In this document: positions 29,331 through 42,792 of the stretch, in pieces
How the letters are laid out: each line of letters begins with the position of its first letter
Numbering within the stretch: position 1 is the stretch's first letter
Source: Octopus sinensis
Taxonomy: Eukaryota
Direction of reading: 5' to 3'
DNA length: 64,000 nucleotides
Assembly: GCF_006345805.1 (NCBI RefSeq)
Contig: NC_043015.1
Location: 15,004,001-15,068,000 of the forward strand
Program-made: the position numbers and the translations under genes
The notes under the pieces: model-generated
What the model saw: only the letters and a program-made list of their open reading frames with translations
Database searches by the model: none
What the model was told of the DNA's origin: nothing

Positions 29331-29708
29331 AAATGCTTTAAAATGTTACAGAGGTTCAAAGTTTGATCATTTTTAGTCCAATAAGAAAATAGGAATTGGA
29401 GACTGGCATTTTCTGCATGATAACAGAAAATGACAGACAGAAATTAAATCAGGCAAAAAATGATATCCCTTGTCAAAACTTGTGGTGGCGATTGCTGTGG
29501 TGAAAGTGTCACAGCCACTTAAGTACAGCATCCTTGTTACAATGAAACAGGCTATACTATAACTTTGCTTGTTTCTATGTAAACGGATACCAGTGTGACA
29601 TTTATGGTCATGTGCATAATAGTGGTTTTTGATTGGTTAAAATTACCTGAAAGTTTCCAACTTTAAAAGCTTGCATTTATATATATATAAATATTTCATA
29701 TATATATA

Positions 29709-30090
29709 TCTAATGTAGGATAAAATTTTTTCGAAAAAAAATTTTATCAATGGCCAGCATATCAAAAAATACCTTTAAAGGTTAAATTATAAACAACTTA
29801 TAAATAAGGGCAAACGAAAAAATTTCTAATGCCAAATATGCCGAAAATTGGACATATTGTCCATTTACCATATAATTTTTTTTCCCCAGTACACACGCTA
29901 CTCGAAAAAAGGTCGACAGAAATCTCTAAAAGATTTTTTAGACAGAAATCTCTAAAAAATCTTTTAGAGATTTCTGTCGACCTTTTTTCGAGTAGCGTGC
30001 GTACTGGGAAAAAAAAATTATATGGTAAATGGACAATATGTCCAATTTTCGGCATATTTGGCATTAGAAATTTTTTCGTTTTATAAGTTG
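29709..30090 (+). repeat. Helitron-like 5' end followed by a fold-back inverted repeat (~130-bp arms)
   Basis: Starts A|TCTAATGTAGGATAAAA after TA repeats. Arms 29812-29942 and 29951-30081 are reverse complements with 2 mismatches; 8-nt loop. Confidence 0.9.
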
Positions 30091-30135
30091 TATATATATA
30101 TATATACATATATATAAGTTTTATAAGTTGTATAT

Positions 30136-30212
<77 letters not shown>

Positions 30213-30864
30213 GTGTGTGTGTGTGTGTGTCTGTGTGTACATGTATATATACATATATGCTCACTTTTTCTTCACTTCACTCTGTCCCTCTCATGTTTTT
30301 TTCTTGTCCCTCCTTAATTCTTGTATTCCTCTGCCTCTACTTCTCTCTCTTTTCTCCCTGCATGACCGGTGTTCAGCCAAACCTGACCTTTCTTTCTTGG
30401 TTTGACTACCATCTGTGCAACATCTATATTCCTCCTTATGCCTGTCAAATCTTATGTCCCTGCCATAGGGCTTCACTTCCACACATGCCAGCTTAATTTA
30501 ATTCGTCCTTTGTCAAAAGACACCTGTTGTTATGTCCTGTTATTTACATTTGTATTTGTGTAACATTTCTCTGTTTTTTTTCCATCCTTGTTTTCGTTTA
30601 CATTCACTGCTTTGTTCCAAGGAATCTAATGCTCTTAGCTTAATTTTTCCTTGGGGCTGGCTAGATTGGAGGAATTTCAAGTATAACCAGCTGAAATTGC
30701 AAAGATAATCTGGAACTCGACTGAGGAAAGAAAACTCCAAATAACTCATCCTTGTTTCCTTGTATCGTCTGTCTGCATGTTTTGTTGTCCCTTCTTGTAT
30801 CACCGAACTGTCTGGATGTTTTGCGCTCTTGTCCCATTTTTGTATTTTATATATATATATATAT

Positions 30865-30898
<34 letters not shown>

Positions 30899-31039
30899 AC
30901 ATATAACATACATACATACATATATATAGATAGATAAAACTTACTTGGGTATGGATGCATGGTGTTCAATCATGTAATAATATAAATAATATATATATGC
31001 ATATATATACATGCATACATGTACATACCTACATATATA

Positions 31040-31215
31040 TATCATCATCATCGTTTAACGTCCGCTTTCCATGCTAGCATGGGTTGGACGGTTCAACTGG
31101 GGTCTGGCAAGCCCGAAGGCTGCACCAGGCTAGTCAGATCTGGCAGTGTTTCTACAGCTGGATGCCCTTCCTAACGCCAACCACTCCGAGAGTGTAGACC
31201 ACTCCGAGAGTGGTG
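31040..31215 (-). mobile_element. Short 3' end of the young RTE family
   Basis: About 150 bp match 40947-41100 with one visible mismatch. Related tails at 5882-6050, 6200-6440 (+), 31725-32190, 32950-33135 (+) and 59820-59975. Confidence 0.9.
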
Positions 31216-31612
31216 TATATACATATGCATATATATATATATACACACACACACACTCACACACACACATACATATATTCATATGTAAGATATATATACT
31301 TACACACATGCTCACAAACACACATATAATGCATACATATATAGAGAAAGATATAGATAAATATTACTAAACATGGAATATACAAAACCATTAGCTTCCC
31401 TATTATGCTTTCTGGCAGAAGATGAAAGAATGATAGAAAACTGCAGCATGGAAAACGGATCTAAAAGTATATTGATTATGATTATATGTAGAAATGTGTA
31501 ATCATATATATAAACATTATGTACATGTACCTATGGACATATGCACATATAGATATGTATGTGTATACAGATACATATTTACATATATAAATATAATATA
31601 TGTATGCATATC

Positions 31613-31644
<32 letters not shown>

Positions 31645-31670
31645 CCTACCTACCTACCTACCTACTTACC

Positions 31671-31704
<34 letters not shown>

Positions 31705-32298
31705 AATATATATATATACATCATCATCATTATAATCATCATCGTTTAACGTCTGTTTTCTGAGCTAGTACAGGTTGGACGGTTCGACCAGGGTCTGGGA
31801 AGCCAGGAGGCTGCACTAGGCTCCAGTCTGATCTGGCAGTGTTTCTACAGCTGGATGCCCTTCCTAACGCCAACCACTCCATGAATGTAGTGGGTGCTTT
31901 TTATGTGCCACCAGTACAGGTGCCAGGGGAGCCAGTCAAGGCAGCACTGGCATCAGCCACGTTTGGATGGTGCTTTTTATGTGCCACAGGCACATGTGTC
32001 ACAACTACAGTTTCCATTTGATATTTATTTTGATGTTGATGTACTTGACTCAATAGGTCTCCTCAAGCACAGCAGGTCATGTGCCACCGGCACAGAAGCC
32101 AGTCAAGGTGGTGCTGGCATTGGCCACATTCGGATGGTGCTTTTTACATGCCGCCAGCACAGGTATCATAACTACAATTTCCATTTGATATTTATATATA
32201 TATATATATATACACACACGCATACATACATGCATAGCTTTATATATATATATATATTTTTTATATATAACCAAATATACATATCTGTATACATACGT

Positions 32299-32343
<45 letters not shown>

Positions 32344-32406
32344 CATGCACACACTCACTCACACACATACACACATATGAATATACATTTATGTATACAT
32401 ATGTGT

Positions 32407-32448
<42 letters not shown>

Positions 32449-33147
32449 GTATATGCATATATATACTTGGAAGAGGATGCGTGACATTCAATCAGATAAT
32501 AATATAAATAATTTATATATATATATGCATTTATACATATGTATATTTATATATTTACATCTGTACATATATGTAGATGCATATGTGGGCACAGGAGTCA
32601 CAAAATATGTGCAACAAAAAATACAAAGTACGAGTACATGGAATATAAAATAATATATTTTTTCAAACAATGAAAGACACAAATGGAAAGCAAGACTACA
32701 AAAACAAAAAACGACCCTTCGAAAAGTTGTTGACTGTTTTTCTACTCCCGTATTTCGAGCATTTAGCAACAATATACACTTTCGATAAAACAGTTGCTCC
32801 CACAAAGCAAATTAAATCAAATTTGGGATTTTGCAGAGGGTCAAAATTGGTAACACAAACAGGACAGTGAAACAAACATTAAGGGCTGCTGCGAATGCAA
32901 CAATCAAGCTTCGACAGGAGACAGACAAGAACACATCTTCCTTGATCCAGCTACAACAGAGACCCACTACACTCTTGGAGTGGTTGGCATAAGGAAGGGC
33001 ATCCAGCTGCAGAAACACTGCTAGATCAGATTGGAGCCTGGTGCAGCCTCTTGGCTTCCCAGACCCCAATCAAACCATCCAGCCCATGCTAGCATGGAAA
33101 ATGGATGTTAAACAGTGATGATGATAATGATGATGATATATATATAT

Positions 33148-33302
33148 AGATGCAGGCATGGCTGTGTAGTAAGAAGATTGCTTCCCAGCCACATCGTTAC
33201 TGGTTCAGTCCCACTGCATGGCACCTTGGGCAAGTGTCTTTTACTATAGCCTCAGACTTGTGAGTGGATTTGGTAGATGAAAACTGAAAGAGGCCCATCA
33301 TG

Positions 33303-33333
<31 letters not shown>

Positions 33334-33556
33334 ATATTTATGTGCGTATGTCTCTGTGTTTGTGTTTTTCCACCCACCATTGGTTGACAACTGATGTTGG
33401 TGTGTTTATGTCCCTAAAACTTAGTGGTTCGGCAAAAGAGAGCAATAGGATAAGTAGTAGGCTTGTAAAGAAGTCATAGGGTTGATTTGTTTGACTAAAG
33501 CAGTGCTCCAGCTTGGCTGCAGTCAAATGACTGAAATGTGCAAAAGAGTAAAAGAA
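33148..33556 (+). mobile_element. SINE family A copy
   Basis: Colinear with 6588-7010. Confidence 0.88.
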
Positions 33557-33558
33557 TA

Positions 33559-33605
<47 letters not shown>

Positions 33606-33606
33606 T

Positions 33607-33698
33607 TATAGGGAAAGTTTACAAAAAAAAAAAAAGACGAAGACAGGTGGTGTACAAAACAAACAGATGTATTAGTATAACGCTCAGGAATAGAAAAG

Positions 33699-33703
<5 letters not shown>
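33607..33703 (-). mobile_element. 3' half of a Penelope-type pLTR repeat
   Basis: Reverse complement taaaaccttttctattcctgagcgttatactaatac...; similar to 62317-62400 and 49229-49345. Confidence 0.5.
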
Positions 33704-33750
<47 letters not shown>

Positions 33751-33751
33751 C

Positions 33752-33782
<31 letters not shown>

Positions 33783-35416
33783 TATATATATACACACATA
33801 TATATACATACATACATAAATATACATACATACATATATATATATATATACATACATACATACATATATATATACATACATATATACACACACACACACA
33901 CATATATGTATATTATATTATATTACACACACACACACACACACATGCATGCATGCACATACACACATGCATGCATGCACATACACACATATGTAATTAC
34001 TAAATATATATATATATGTATTTAGTAATTTTCAAGTTGTACATTGGTTGATGAGTAAAAAAAGTCATTGTTTTTTGTCATAGTGCTGAAAGAAATGACA
34101 TATTTGGTATTGAATGAAGATATTGTTGGCTATCCCAGTTTTATTTTTAAATTCATATATTGACTTCTTGGCAAGAGAGAGTTGTCACGTAAGTGTAAAT
34201 CAAAGTCATTCACATAGCTTAGTGAAAGCTCCTAAAAACGTCATCAGTCAACACATTGTCACGCATTAGTTACAAATGACGCATGTTATGCAACTCCTCT
34301 TCCCTCTCCTCCTCCTCGTTCTCCTCCTCCTCTTCCTCTTCTCCTTCTTCTTCTTCCTACACACAGAAATCATTCTTCTGTGAATAATGTTTATAGATTA
34401 ATTTCTTTTGACGTTACTGAACAACTAACAGCATGAATCAAGTAGTGCAAATGAACCGGACATAAAGGATTTCAGTTTTAGGTCATTCAATTCCTATCAC
34501 ATGAATCATTAACAAGTTGAACTTCTGTTTTAAGAAATATATTATAAAAAATGCATAAGAAAATGAGAAAAAAAAAAGGAAAATATTTATTAAAGTGGTA
34601 CAATTTTTTAAATATTTGGTGTTAGTTTTTTTTGTTGGGGTGTTAGTTGGGCTTATTAAATTACTGCTTAAGTTTGCTATCTATCTTAGAAGATTATCTA
34701 TTTTGACTTGTCTTACACTTTTGGGGGGTGGGGGGGTTCTCACAAAATTAATATAGATTTTTAAAATATTCCTAAAATTCTGAACAAAGCAGCACAAGAA
34801 ATCTTCCTAAAAACAATATTGTTTTAGAATCTCTTAAGATACAAAAAATAAACTCTGGCTCATTAAACAAAAGATCAACTTAATAGCTGACATCCCTCCT
34901 CAGTGACTTGTGTAAGACTACTTTATTACCTTTGAAGAAACTGAAATATATAACATCTATCCTTAGCAAACTCCTCAGATAATGAAGCAAGCCTCCTTGT
35001 GATGTACTTTGCTAATTTTTCTCTTTCTTAGCATCTTTGAGGAGTTTAGCTTTTCCTACTCCCTGACTACGTTCGCCAATTTTGTCTTACCTTTTCTCCA
35101 CTTTCCTCTTTGCCTGTTTAACTGATGTTATCTATGTCAGTCTTCTGCAGTGTTGCCATTGAAAGTTTCTCCACTCTCATCAGAGTCTGTGATTTCTTTT
35201 TGTTTTTCAATGTCTCTTCAAGAATTTCTTTATTTTGAAATAGTAGGAGATATTCATCATCATCATCATCACTTGACGTCTGTTTTCCATGCTGGCATGG
35301 GTTGGACAGTTTGACAGACCTGGCTAGGTGAAGAGGGATGCAGGGGACATGCCGCTAAGCATTTCGCCCATTGTGTTAATGATTCTGCCAGCTCGCTGCC
35401 TTAATAATAATAATAG

Positions 35417-35447
<31 letters not shown>

Positions 35448-35616
35448 GATGATGATGATGATTTATGATTTAGGTTGAAGGCCTGTAATTTTGGTGGGAA
35501 AAAAAAGTTAGTTTGATATTGGCTGGGTTTGAACTCAGAACAGGAAGAGCCAGAATAAATACAGTAAGGCATTTGTCTAATGCTAATGATGTTGCCAATC
35601 CAATAAGAATTCTTTG

Positions 35617-36044
35617 TAATAATAATAATAATAATAATGATAATAATAATAATAATAATAATAATAATAGTAATAATAATAATCCTTTCTAATATAGGCA
35701 CAAAGCCTTAAATTTTGGCAGAGGGGTGCTCCATTGGTACTTATTTTATTGACTCCAAAATGATGCGAAGCAAAATCAACTGGAATTTGAACTCAGAACA
35801 TAAAGGGCCTGAACAAATTCCATATGTCCAGTGCATAACAGTTTCAAATTATGGCACAAGGCCAACAATTTCAGGACGGGTTTATTTGATTACATCAACT
35901 CCAGTACTCCACTGCTACTTATTTTTGGATCCTGAATAGATGAAAGGTAAAACAACCTCAGTGAACTCAGAATGTGAAGACAGATAAAATGCCACTAAGC
36001 ATTTTGCTTGGGACACTAACTGTTCTGCCAGCTTGCTGCCTTAT

Positions 36045-36077
<33 letters not shown>

Positions 36078-36509
36078 GTTTCAAATTCTGGCAAAATGCC
36101 AGCAATTTTTGAGGAGGGGTAAGTTGATTACATGGACCCTAATTCAACTGATACTTACTTTACTGATCCAGAAAGGATGAAAGACAAAGTCCACCTTGGT
36201 GGAATTTGAATTTAGAACATAAAGATGGATGAAATGCCACTAAGCATTTTCCCTGACATTCTAGTGATTCTGTCAGCTCACTGTCTTAATAATAATGATT
36301 TCAAATTTTCGCCACAAGGGCAGCTTGAGTGAGGGGATTAAGTCAAATACATTGCATTACTGGTGCTTATTTAATTGACCTCTGAAAGGATGAAAGACAA
36401 AGTTGTGTGCCCGGTGTACTCTTATCAGATGGGTAGTCATGATGGGTATACTGGGCTGTGTATATTTTATCCCAGTGTCACTTTGATGGCATGCACTGCT
36501 CTCTCACTC

Positions 36510-36585
<76 letters not shown>

Positions 36586-36960
36586 GTAATAATAATAATC
36601 CTTTCTAATATAGGCACAAAGCCTTAAATTTTGGCAGAGGGGTGCTCCATTGGTACTTATTTTATTGACTCCAAAATGATGCGAAGCAAAATCAACTGGA
36701 ATTTGAACTCAGAACATAAAGGGCCTGAACAAATTCCATATGTCCAGTGCATAACAGTTTCAAATTATGGCACAAGGCCAACAATTTCAGGACGGGTTTA
36801 TTTGATTACATCAACTCCAGTACTCCACTGCTACTTATTTTTGGATCCTGAATAGATGAAAGGTAAAACAACCTCAGTGAACTCAGAATGTGAAGACAGA
36901 TAAAATGCCACTAAGCATTTTGCTTGGGACACTAACTGTTCTGCCAGCTTGCTGCCTTAT

Positions 36961-36996
<36 letters not shown>

Positions 36997-37428
36997 GTTT
37001 CAAATTCTGGCAAAATGCCAGCAATTTTTGAGGAGGGGTAAGTTGATTACATGGACCCTAATTCAACTGATACTTACTTTACTGATCCAGAAAGGATGAA
37101 AGACAAAGTCCACCTTGGTGGAATTTGAATTTAGAACATAAAGATGGATGAAATGCCACTAAGCATTTTCCCTGACATTCTAGTGATTCTGTCAGCTCAC
37201 TGTCTTAATAATAATGATTTCAAATTTTCGCCACAAGGGCAGCTTGAGTGAGGGGATTAAGTCAAATACATTGCATTACTGGTGCTTATTTAATTGACCT
37301 CTGAAAGGATGAAAGACAAAGTTGTGTGCCCGGTGTACTCTTATCAGATGGGTAGTCATGATGGGTATACTGGGCTGTGTATATTTTATCCCAGTGTCAC
37401 TTTGATGGCATGCACTGCTCTCTCACTC

Positions 37429-37478
<50 letters not shown>
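35617..37478. repeat. Tandem direct duplication, period 916-919 bp, bounded by (AAT)n arrays
   Basis: Unit 35684-36508 recurs at 36600-37427. ORF-track proteins are identical at offsets 916 and 919; the 3-bp shift is one extra AAT. Confidence 0.95.
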
Positions 37479-37479
<1 letters not shown>

Positions 37480-38205
37480 GGAAAAGCAATCAGCCATTTC
37501 TTATATATGGATGATTTAAAACTGTATGCTACAAATGAGAAACAGCTGGAAACATTGCTACGGACAGTATATGGATTTACCAAAGAAATAAACATGAAAT
37601 TTGGCTTAGAAAATTGTGCCAAAGCAACCTTAAAAGCGGGAAACTAGTTAAGAGTAGCAACATCACAATAGAAAAAGCAAATGAAATAAGAGAATTAGAC
37701 CAAAGCCAGACATACAAACACTTAGGAATTATACAGTTAGAAAACGATTACAAAATAACCACCAAAGGACTACAGAAATACCTACTTCAGAAGCAAGGGA
37801 AACTAATACAAATAGCCACAAAACACAAACAAAACAAAATACTGTTTTCAATCTTTAAGGAAGCTGACAAATAAAAAAAAGAAGTCATAGTATCTAACAA
37901 TTATGGAGAGAAAGAAGAAACAACAAAAGCTGTACAAGAACTGAAATCCAAACTTAAACTGGAACAGCAATGAATCATGATAAAATGATGGCAAGAAAAG
38001 CCCCTTCATGGCAAGTATTGGGTTAAGCTAAACAGAAAAGAAATAGACAAAGCAAAATCCCAACAATGGCTGAGAAGCTCAGGACTCGAAGCAGAGACTG
38101 AAGGATTTTTAATTGCAGCACAAAACCTTCCCACCAGAAATGACCAAAAACATGTAATGAAAAGAAATATAACAAGTAATTGCAGAATGTGTGATGATGG
38201 AAAAG
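37478..38205 (+). mobile_element. R4/Dong-like (RLE-type) non-LTR fragment: RT to CCHC finger start
   Basis: ISHFLYMDDLKLYA...NMKFGLENCAK, TYKHLGI, WLRSSGLEAETEGFLIAAQ, CRMC. Begins immediately after an (AAT)n array. Confidence 0.85.
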
Positions 38206-38555
38206 AAACTTCCTGATACCAAAAGAGTTCAGGCAGCTCCTAACGGCCCTAAACAATGTACAAGTCTCACAACAATAGAGCAAGACAGAGAAGGCCAGAG
38301 ACCTTAAAACCTGAACCTTTGTTTTCCTGCAAAGATATCGGCGGCACCAAACACCCTTGTCCAATGAGTTCACAACTGCTCCAGCTTGTTCAAGTCTTTT
38401 TAGGACTTCAGACTTTGCAGCTAATGTCACTTAAAATCTCACTACTGAGATAAGTGAAGCAGTTAGCAACTTCAACTTTCTCACCTGCAATAAAGGCAGA
38501 CATGGTTGAGTCCTCCAAGAAGCCAATGAAAAACTGGTTCCACTTCCTCACTCAC
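38205..38555 (-). mobile_element. RTE LINE fragment
   Basis: SEVLKRLEQAGAVVNSLDKGVWCRRYLCRKTKVQVLRSLAFSVLLYCCETCTL...LNSFG. Confidence 0.8.
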
Positions 38556-38962
38556 TGAGTAATAATAGTAATAATCATTTCCAATTTTGGCAAAAGGTCA
38601 GCAATTTTGGAGGTGGTGGGAAATTGATTGCATTGACCTCAGTACTCCACCCCCAAAAGAACAAAAGGCAAAGTTGACCTCAGCAGAATTTGAACTCAGA
38701 ACATAAGGATGAACAAAATGCTGCTAAGCATTTTGGCCAGTCTGCTAACAATTCTGCCAGCTCACTGCCTTAATAACAATATTACTACAACTGCTGCTAC
38801 TACTCCTACTACTCCTACTACTACTACTATACTACTACTACTACTAATCCTTTCTACTATAGGCACAAGGTCTGAAGTTTGGGGAAGGGGATTAGTCAAT
38901 TCCATTGACTCCAGTGTCTCACAAGTATTTAATTAATCCACCCTGAAGAGATGAAAAGCATT

Positions 38963-39186
38963 TACTCTTTTACTCTTTTACTTGTTTCAGTCATTTGACT
39001 GTGGCCATGCTGGAGCACCGCTTTAGTCGATCAAATCGACCCCAGGACTTATTCTTTGTAAGTCTAGTACTTATTCTATCGGTCTCTTTTGTCGAACCAC
39101 TAAGTTATGGGGACATAAGCACACCAGCATCGGTTGTCAAGTGATGTTGCGGGGACAAACACAGACACGCAAACATATACAAACAC

Positions 39187-39250
<64 letters not shown>

Positions 39251-39426
39251 CATACATATATACAATGGGCTTCTTTCAGTTTCTGTCTACCAAATCCACT
39301 CACAAGGCTTTGGTCAGCCTGAGACTATAGTAGAAGACACTTGCTCAAGGTGCCATGCAGTGGTACTGAACCTGGAATCATGTGGTTTGTAAGCAAGCTT
39401 CTTACCACACAGTCACTCCTATGCCT
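38963..39426 (-). mobile_element. SINE family A copy
   Basis: Reverse complement colinear with 6588-7010. Confidence 0.9.
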
Positions 39427-40362
39427 AGTCAACCTTGGTGGAATTTGAAATCAGAAATTCAAAATGGATGAAATACTGCTAAGCATTTTGCCTGGCATGC
39501 TAACAATTCTGCCAGCTTGTCACCTTAATAACAACAACAACAATAACAACAATAATAATTATGATAATGATGATGATGCAGTACCAAGCAGTGGCTCTCA
39601 TGGCTTCTGATCTTAACTGATTGGGAGTGTTATCATGTACATTGTTTTGTCTTGGTATAAAAGACGGGCTACAGCAAATATTCTGCTCAATACCACAGAT
39701 TTGCTTGTTAGTTATTTGATTTTAACCAGCTGAGCATGTTCCTTAGTGGCTGACTATATGTGTATCTCTGACCACGAGCAGAAGTAGTGGGGGAGCAATC
39801 ATGGCCATGTGGAATTCTTTGGGGTTTGGATAATTCACCTTTGGAAATCTGAGTGTTTCGTTCAACATCCTCAAACAACTCTTATTCAGGGACCTTTTGA
39901 GCAGGATGGGCTATTTGACCTGAAGAAAATTCTAACTGGGCCCACTTGCAAGGACAATTATATTAGGAACCACAATTGAAATATTGTCAATCCTGTTTAT
40001 CTTGATATGAGATCACTGTATCACGCACATATGGTTGTGATGCATGTGCCTGGTGTATTCTTATCAGATGGGGAGTCATGATGGATATACTGGACTTCGT
40101 AAATTTTATTCCAGTGTCACTATGATGACATGCACTGCTCTCTCACTCTTAATAATAATAATAATAACAATGGTTTCAAATGTTTGCACAAGGCTAGCAA
40201 TTTCAGAGCAGTGTTCAACTGGTACTTACTTTATTGACCCTGAAAGGATGAAAGGTAAAGTCAACCTCAAAGAAATTTGAACTCAGAATGCAAAGACAGA
40301 TGAAATGCTGCTAAGCATTTTGCCTGATGTGCTACTGAATCTGCCAGCTTGTTGCCTTAGTT

Positions 40363-40397
<35 letters not shown>

Positions 40398-40925
40398 TGT
40401 AAATGATCACATCTCACTCCTCTGGAACTTCACCATTCAAACTAACAGTAAGATAGATGCGAATAGGCCAGACACTATATTGGAAAACTTCAGACAAAAA
40501 TCATGCTGCCTTGGTGATATGACTATCCCAATTGAGATAAACGTATCTGTCAAGACCTACCAAAAACTGAGCAAGTATAAAGATCTTGAAATAGAAATTG
40601 GCAAAATCTGGAACCTGTTGTCATAAGTGCCTTAGGAATGATAGCAAAAAGGGCTGATTCCTACCTAATTCAGATACCAGGAAACCCCAAAATGGCAGAA
40701 ATTCAAAAGACAGTGCTGATGGGAACTGTCCATATCCTACATAAAATACTGTCTATGTAATCTCAAATTTTAAAACAAACTTTAAATTTTCTTAAATTTT
40801 CTATGTGCGAAACCAAATATATGACACTCTAGGCATAATACCAACTTGAACTTCTAACCTCTCTTGAGGTCTCTGGGTGAGACTTGGAGTCACCTTTTAC
40901 AAATACAAAGCAAAAGTCAAACATA
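40398..40925 (+). mobile_element. R4/Dong-like fragment: restriction-like endonuclease domain and 3' UTR
   Basis: NRPDTILENFRQKSCCLGDMTIPIEINVSVKTYQKLSKYKDLEIEIGKIWNL (PD..D..K-type RLE motif). Flanked by AAT repeats on both sides. Confidence 0.85.
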
Positions 40926-40935
40926 TAATAATAAT

Positions 40936-42541
40936 CATCATCATCATCATCATCATCGTTTAACGTCCGCTTTCCATGCTAGCATGGGTTGGACGGTTCA
41001 ACTGGGGTCTGGCAAGCCCGAAGGCTGCACCAGGCCAGTCAGATCTGGCAGTGTTTCTACAGCTGGATGCCCTTCCTAACGCCAACCACTCCGAGAGTGT
41101 AGTGGGTGATTTTATGTGCCACCGACACAGGTGCCAGACGAGGCTGGCATACGGCCACGCTTGGATGGTGTTTTCTTATGTGTCACCGACACAGGTGCCA
41201 GACGAGGCTGGCGAACGGCCACGCTCGGATGGTGTTTGTTACGTGCCCTCAGCACGGAGGCCAGTCGATGCGGTACTGGCTACGGTCACGTTCGGATGGT
41301 TTTCTTATGTGCCACCGGCACTGGTACCACAAGGATACAAATTCCATTGATGTTCATCTATTTTGATTTGGTTTGATTTGATTTTCACTTGCCTCAACAG
41401 GTCTTCACAAGTGTCACAAGAAGGAAGGTATGCACAGGTGGACTGACTACGTCCCAGGTAGGGGCCAAGGGTTATGGCTTCACTAGTCTTGCCGGGTCTT
41501 CTCACGCACAGCATACTTCCATAGGTCTTGGTCTCTAGTCATTTCCATGGTGAGACCTAACGTCCGAAGGTCGTGCTTCACCACCTCGTCCCAGGTTTTC
41601 CTGGGTCTACCTCTTCCATGGGTTCCCTCAACTGCTAGGGATTGGCACTTTCTCACACACCTATCTTCATCCATTCTCGCCACATGACCATACCAGCGCA
41701 ATCGTCTCTCTTGCACACCACAACTGATGCTTCTTAGGTACAACATTTCTCTCAAGGTACTAACGCTCTGTCGAGTAAGTACACTGACATTACACATCCA
41801 TCAGAGCATACTGGCTTCATTCCTCACGAGCTTACGCATGTCCTCAGCAGTCACGGCCCATGTTTCACTGCCATGTAGCATAGCTGTTCGTACACATGCA
41901 TCATACAGTCTGCCTTTTACTCTGAGCGAGAGGCCTTTAGTCACCAGCAGAGGTAAGAGCTCCCTAAACTTTGCCCAGGCTATTCTTATTCTATCAGTTA
42001 CACTTTCAGCGCACCTACCCCCACTACTGACTTGGTCACCTAGATAGCGGAAGCTATCAACTACTTCTAGTTTTGCCCCCCAGAAAGTGACGGAAGTTGT
42101 TTTCTGCAGATTTTCGGAGGTCAATGCTCCCGAGCATCTGCCACATACAAAAACTATCTTCCCAGTTAGCCTACCTTTGACATTGCTGCACCTCTTATGT
42201 GTCCATAGCTTACACTGGGTACATCTTATAGAGTTTCTACCTACACCTTTTCTACAGATCGAGCAGGGCCATCTTCCTGAGGATATTTGTGGATCGTCTA
42301 CCTTTCTACTTATTAGTACTTTGGTTTTAGCTAGGTTGACTCTAAGGCCCCTCGATTCTAGACCCTCCTTCCACACCTGGAACTTCTCCTCCAGTTCTGA
42401 TAGTGACTCGGCAATTAGAGCGAGGTCGTCAGCATAGAGGAGCTCCCAGGGGCAACCTGTCTTGAATTCCTCCACAATTGCCTGGAGGACTATGATAAAT
42501 AGGAGGGGGCTGAGAACTGAACCCTGGTGGACCCCAACCTC

Positions 42542-42543
<2 letters not shown>
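40936..42543 (-). mobile_element. Young 5'-truncated RTE-clade LINE (RT domain to 3' UTR and (GAT)n tail)
   Basis: ORFs 41801-42475 and 41483-41797: GVHQGSVLSPLLFIIVLQAIVEEFKTGCPWELLYADDL, FRYLG, VQERRLRWYGHVARM, GRGRPRKTW. The 3' UTR ends in a gatgatgat tail at ~40940. Confidence 0.95.
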
Positions 42544-42572
<29 letters not shown>

Positions 42573-42662
42573 CCTGGATTTTGTGGGGAGGGGGACAGTT
42601 GTTCACATTGACCCCAATACTCAGGATGAAAGTGAAAGTCAACCCAGAGGAATTTGAATTCA

Positions 42663-42665
42663 ATA

Positions 42666-42701
<36 letters not shown>

Positions 42702-42742
42702 CCTTTCTAATATAGGCACAACACCTTAATAATAATAATAAT

Positions 42743-42792
<50 letters not shown>

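Noticed and set aside
30715-30750. CTGAGGA...CAAA possible decayed hammerhead; also gctcGAAA on the minus strand at ~32750
   Set aside because: Each has only half of the core.
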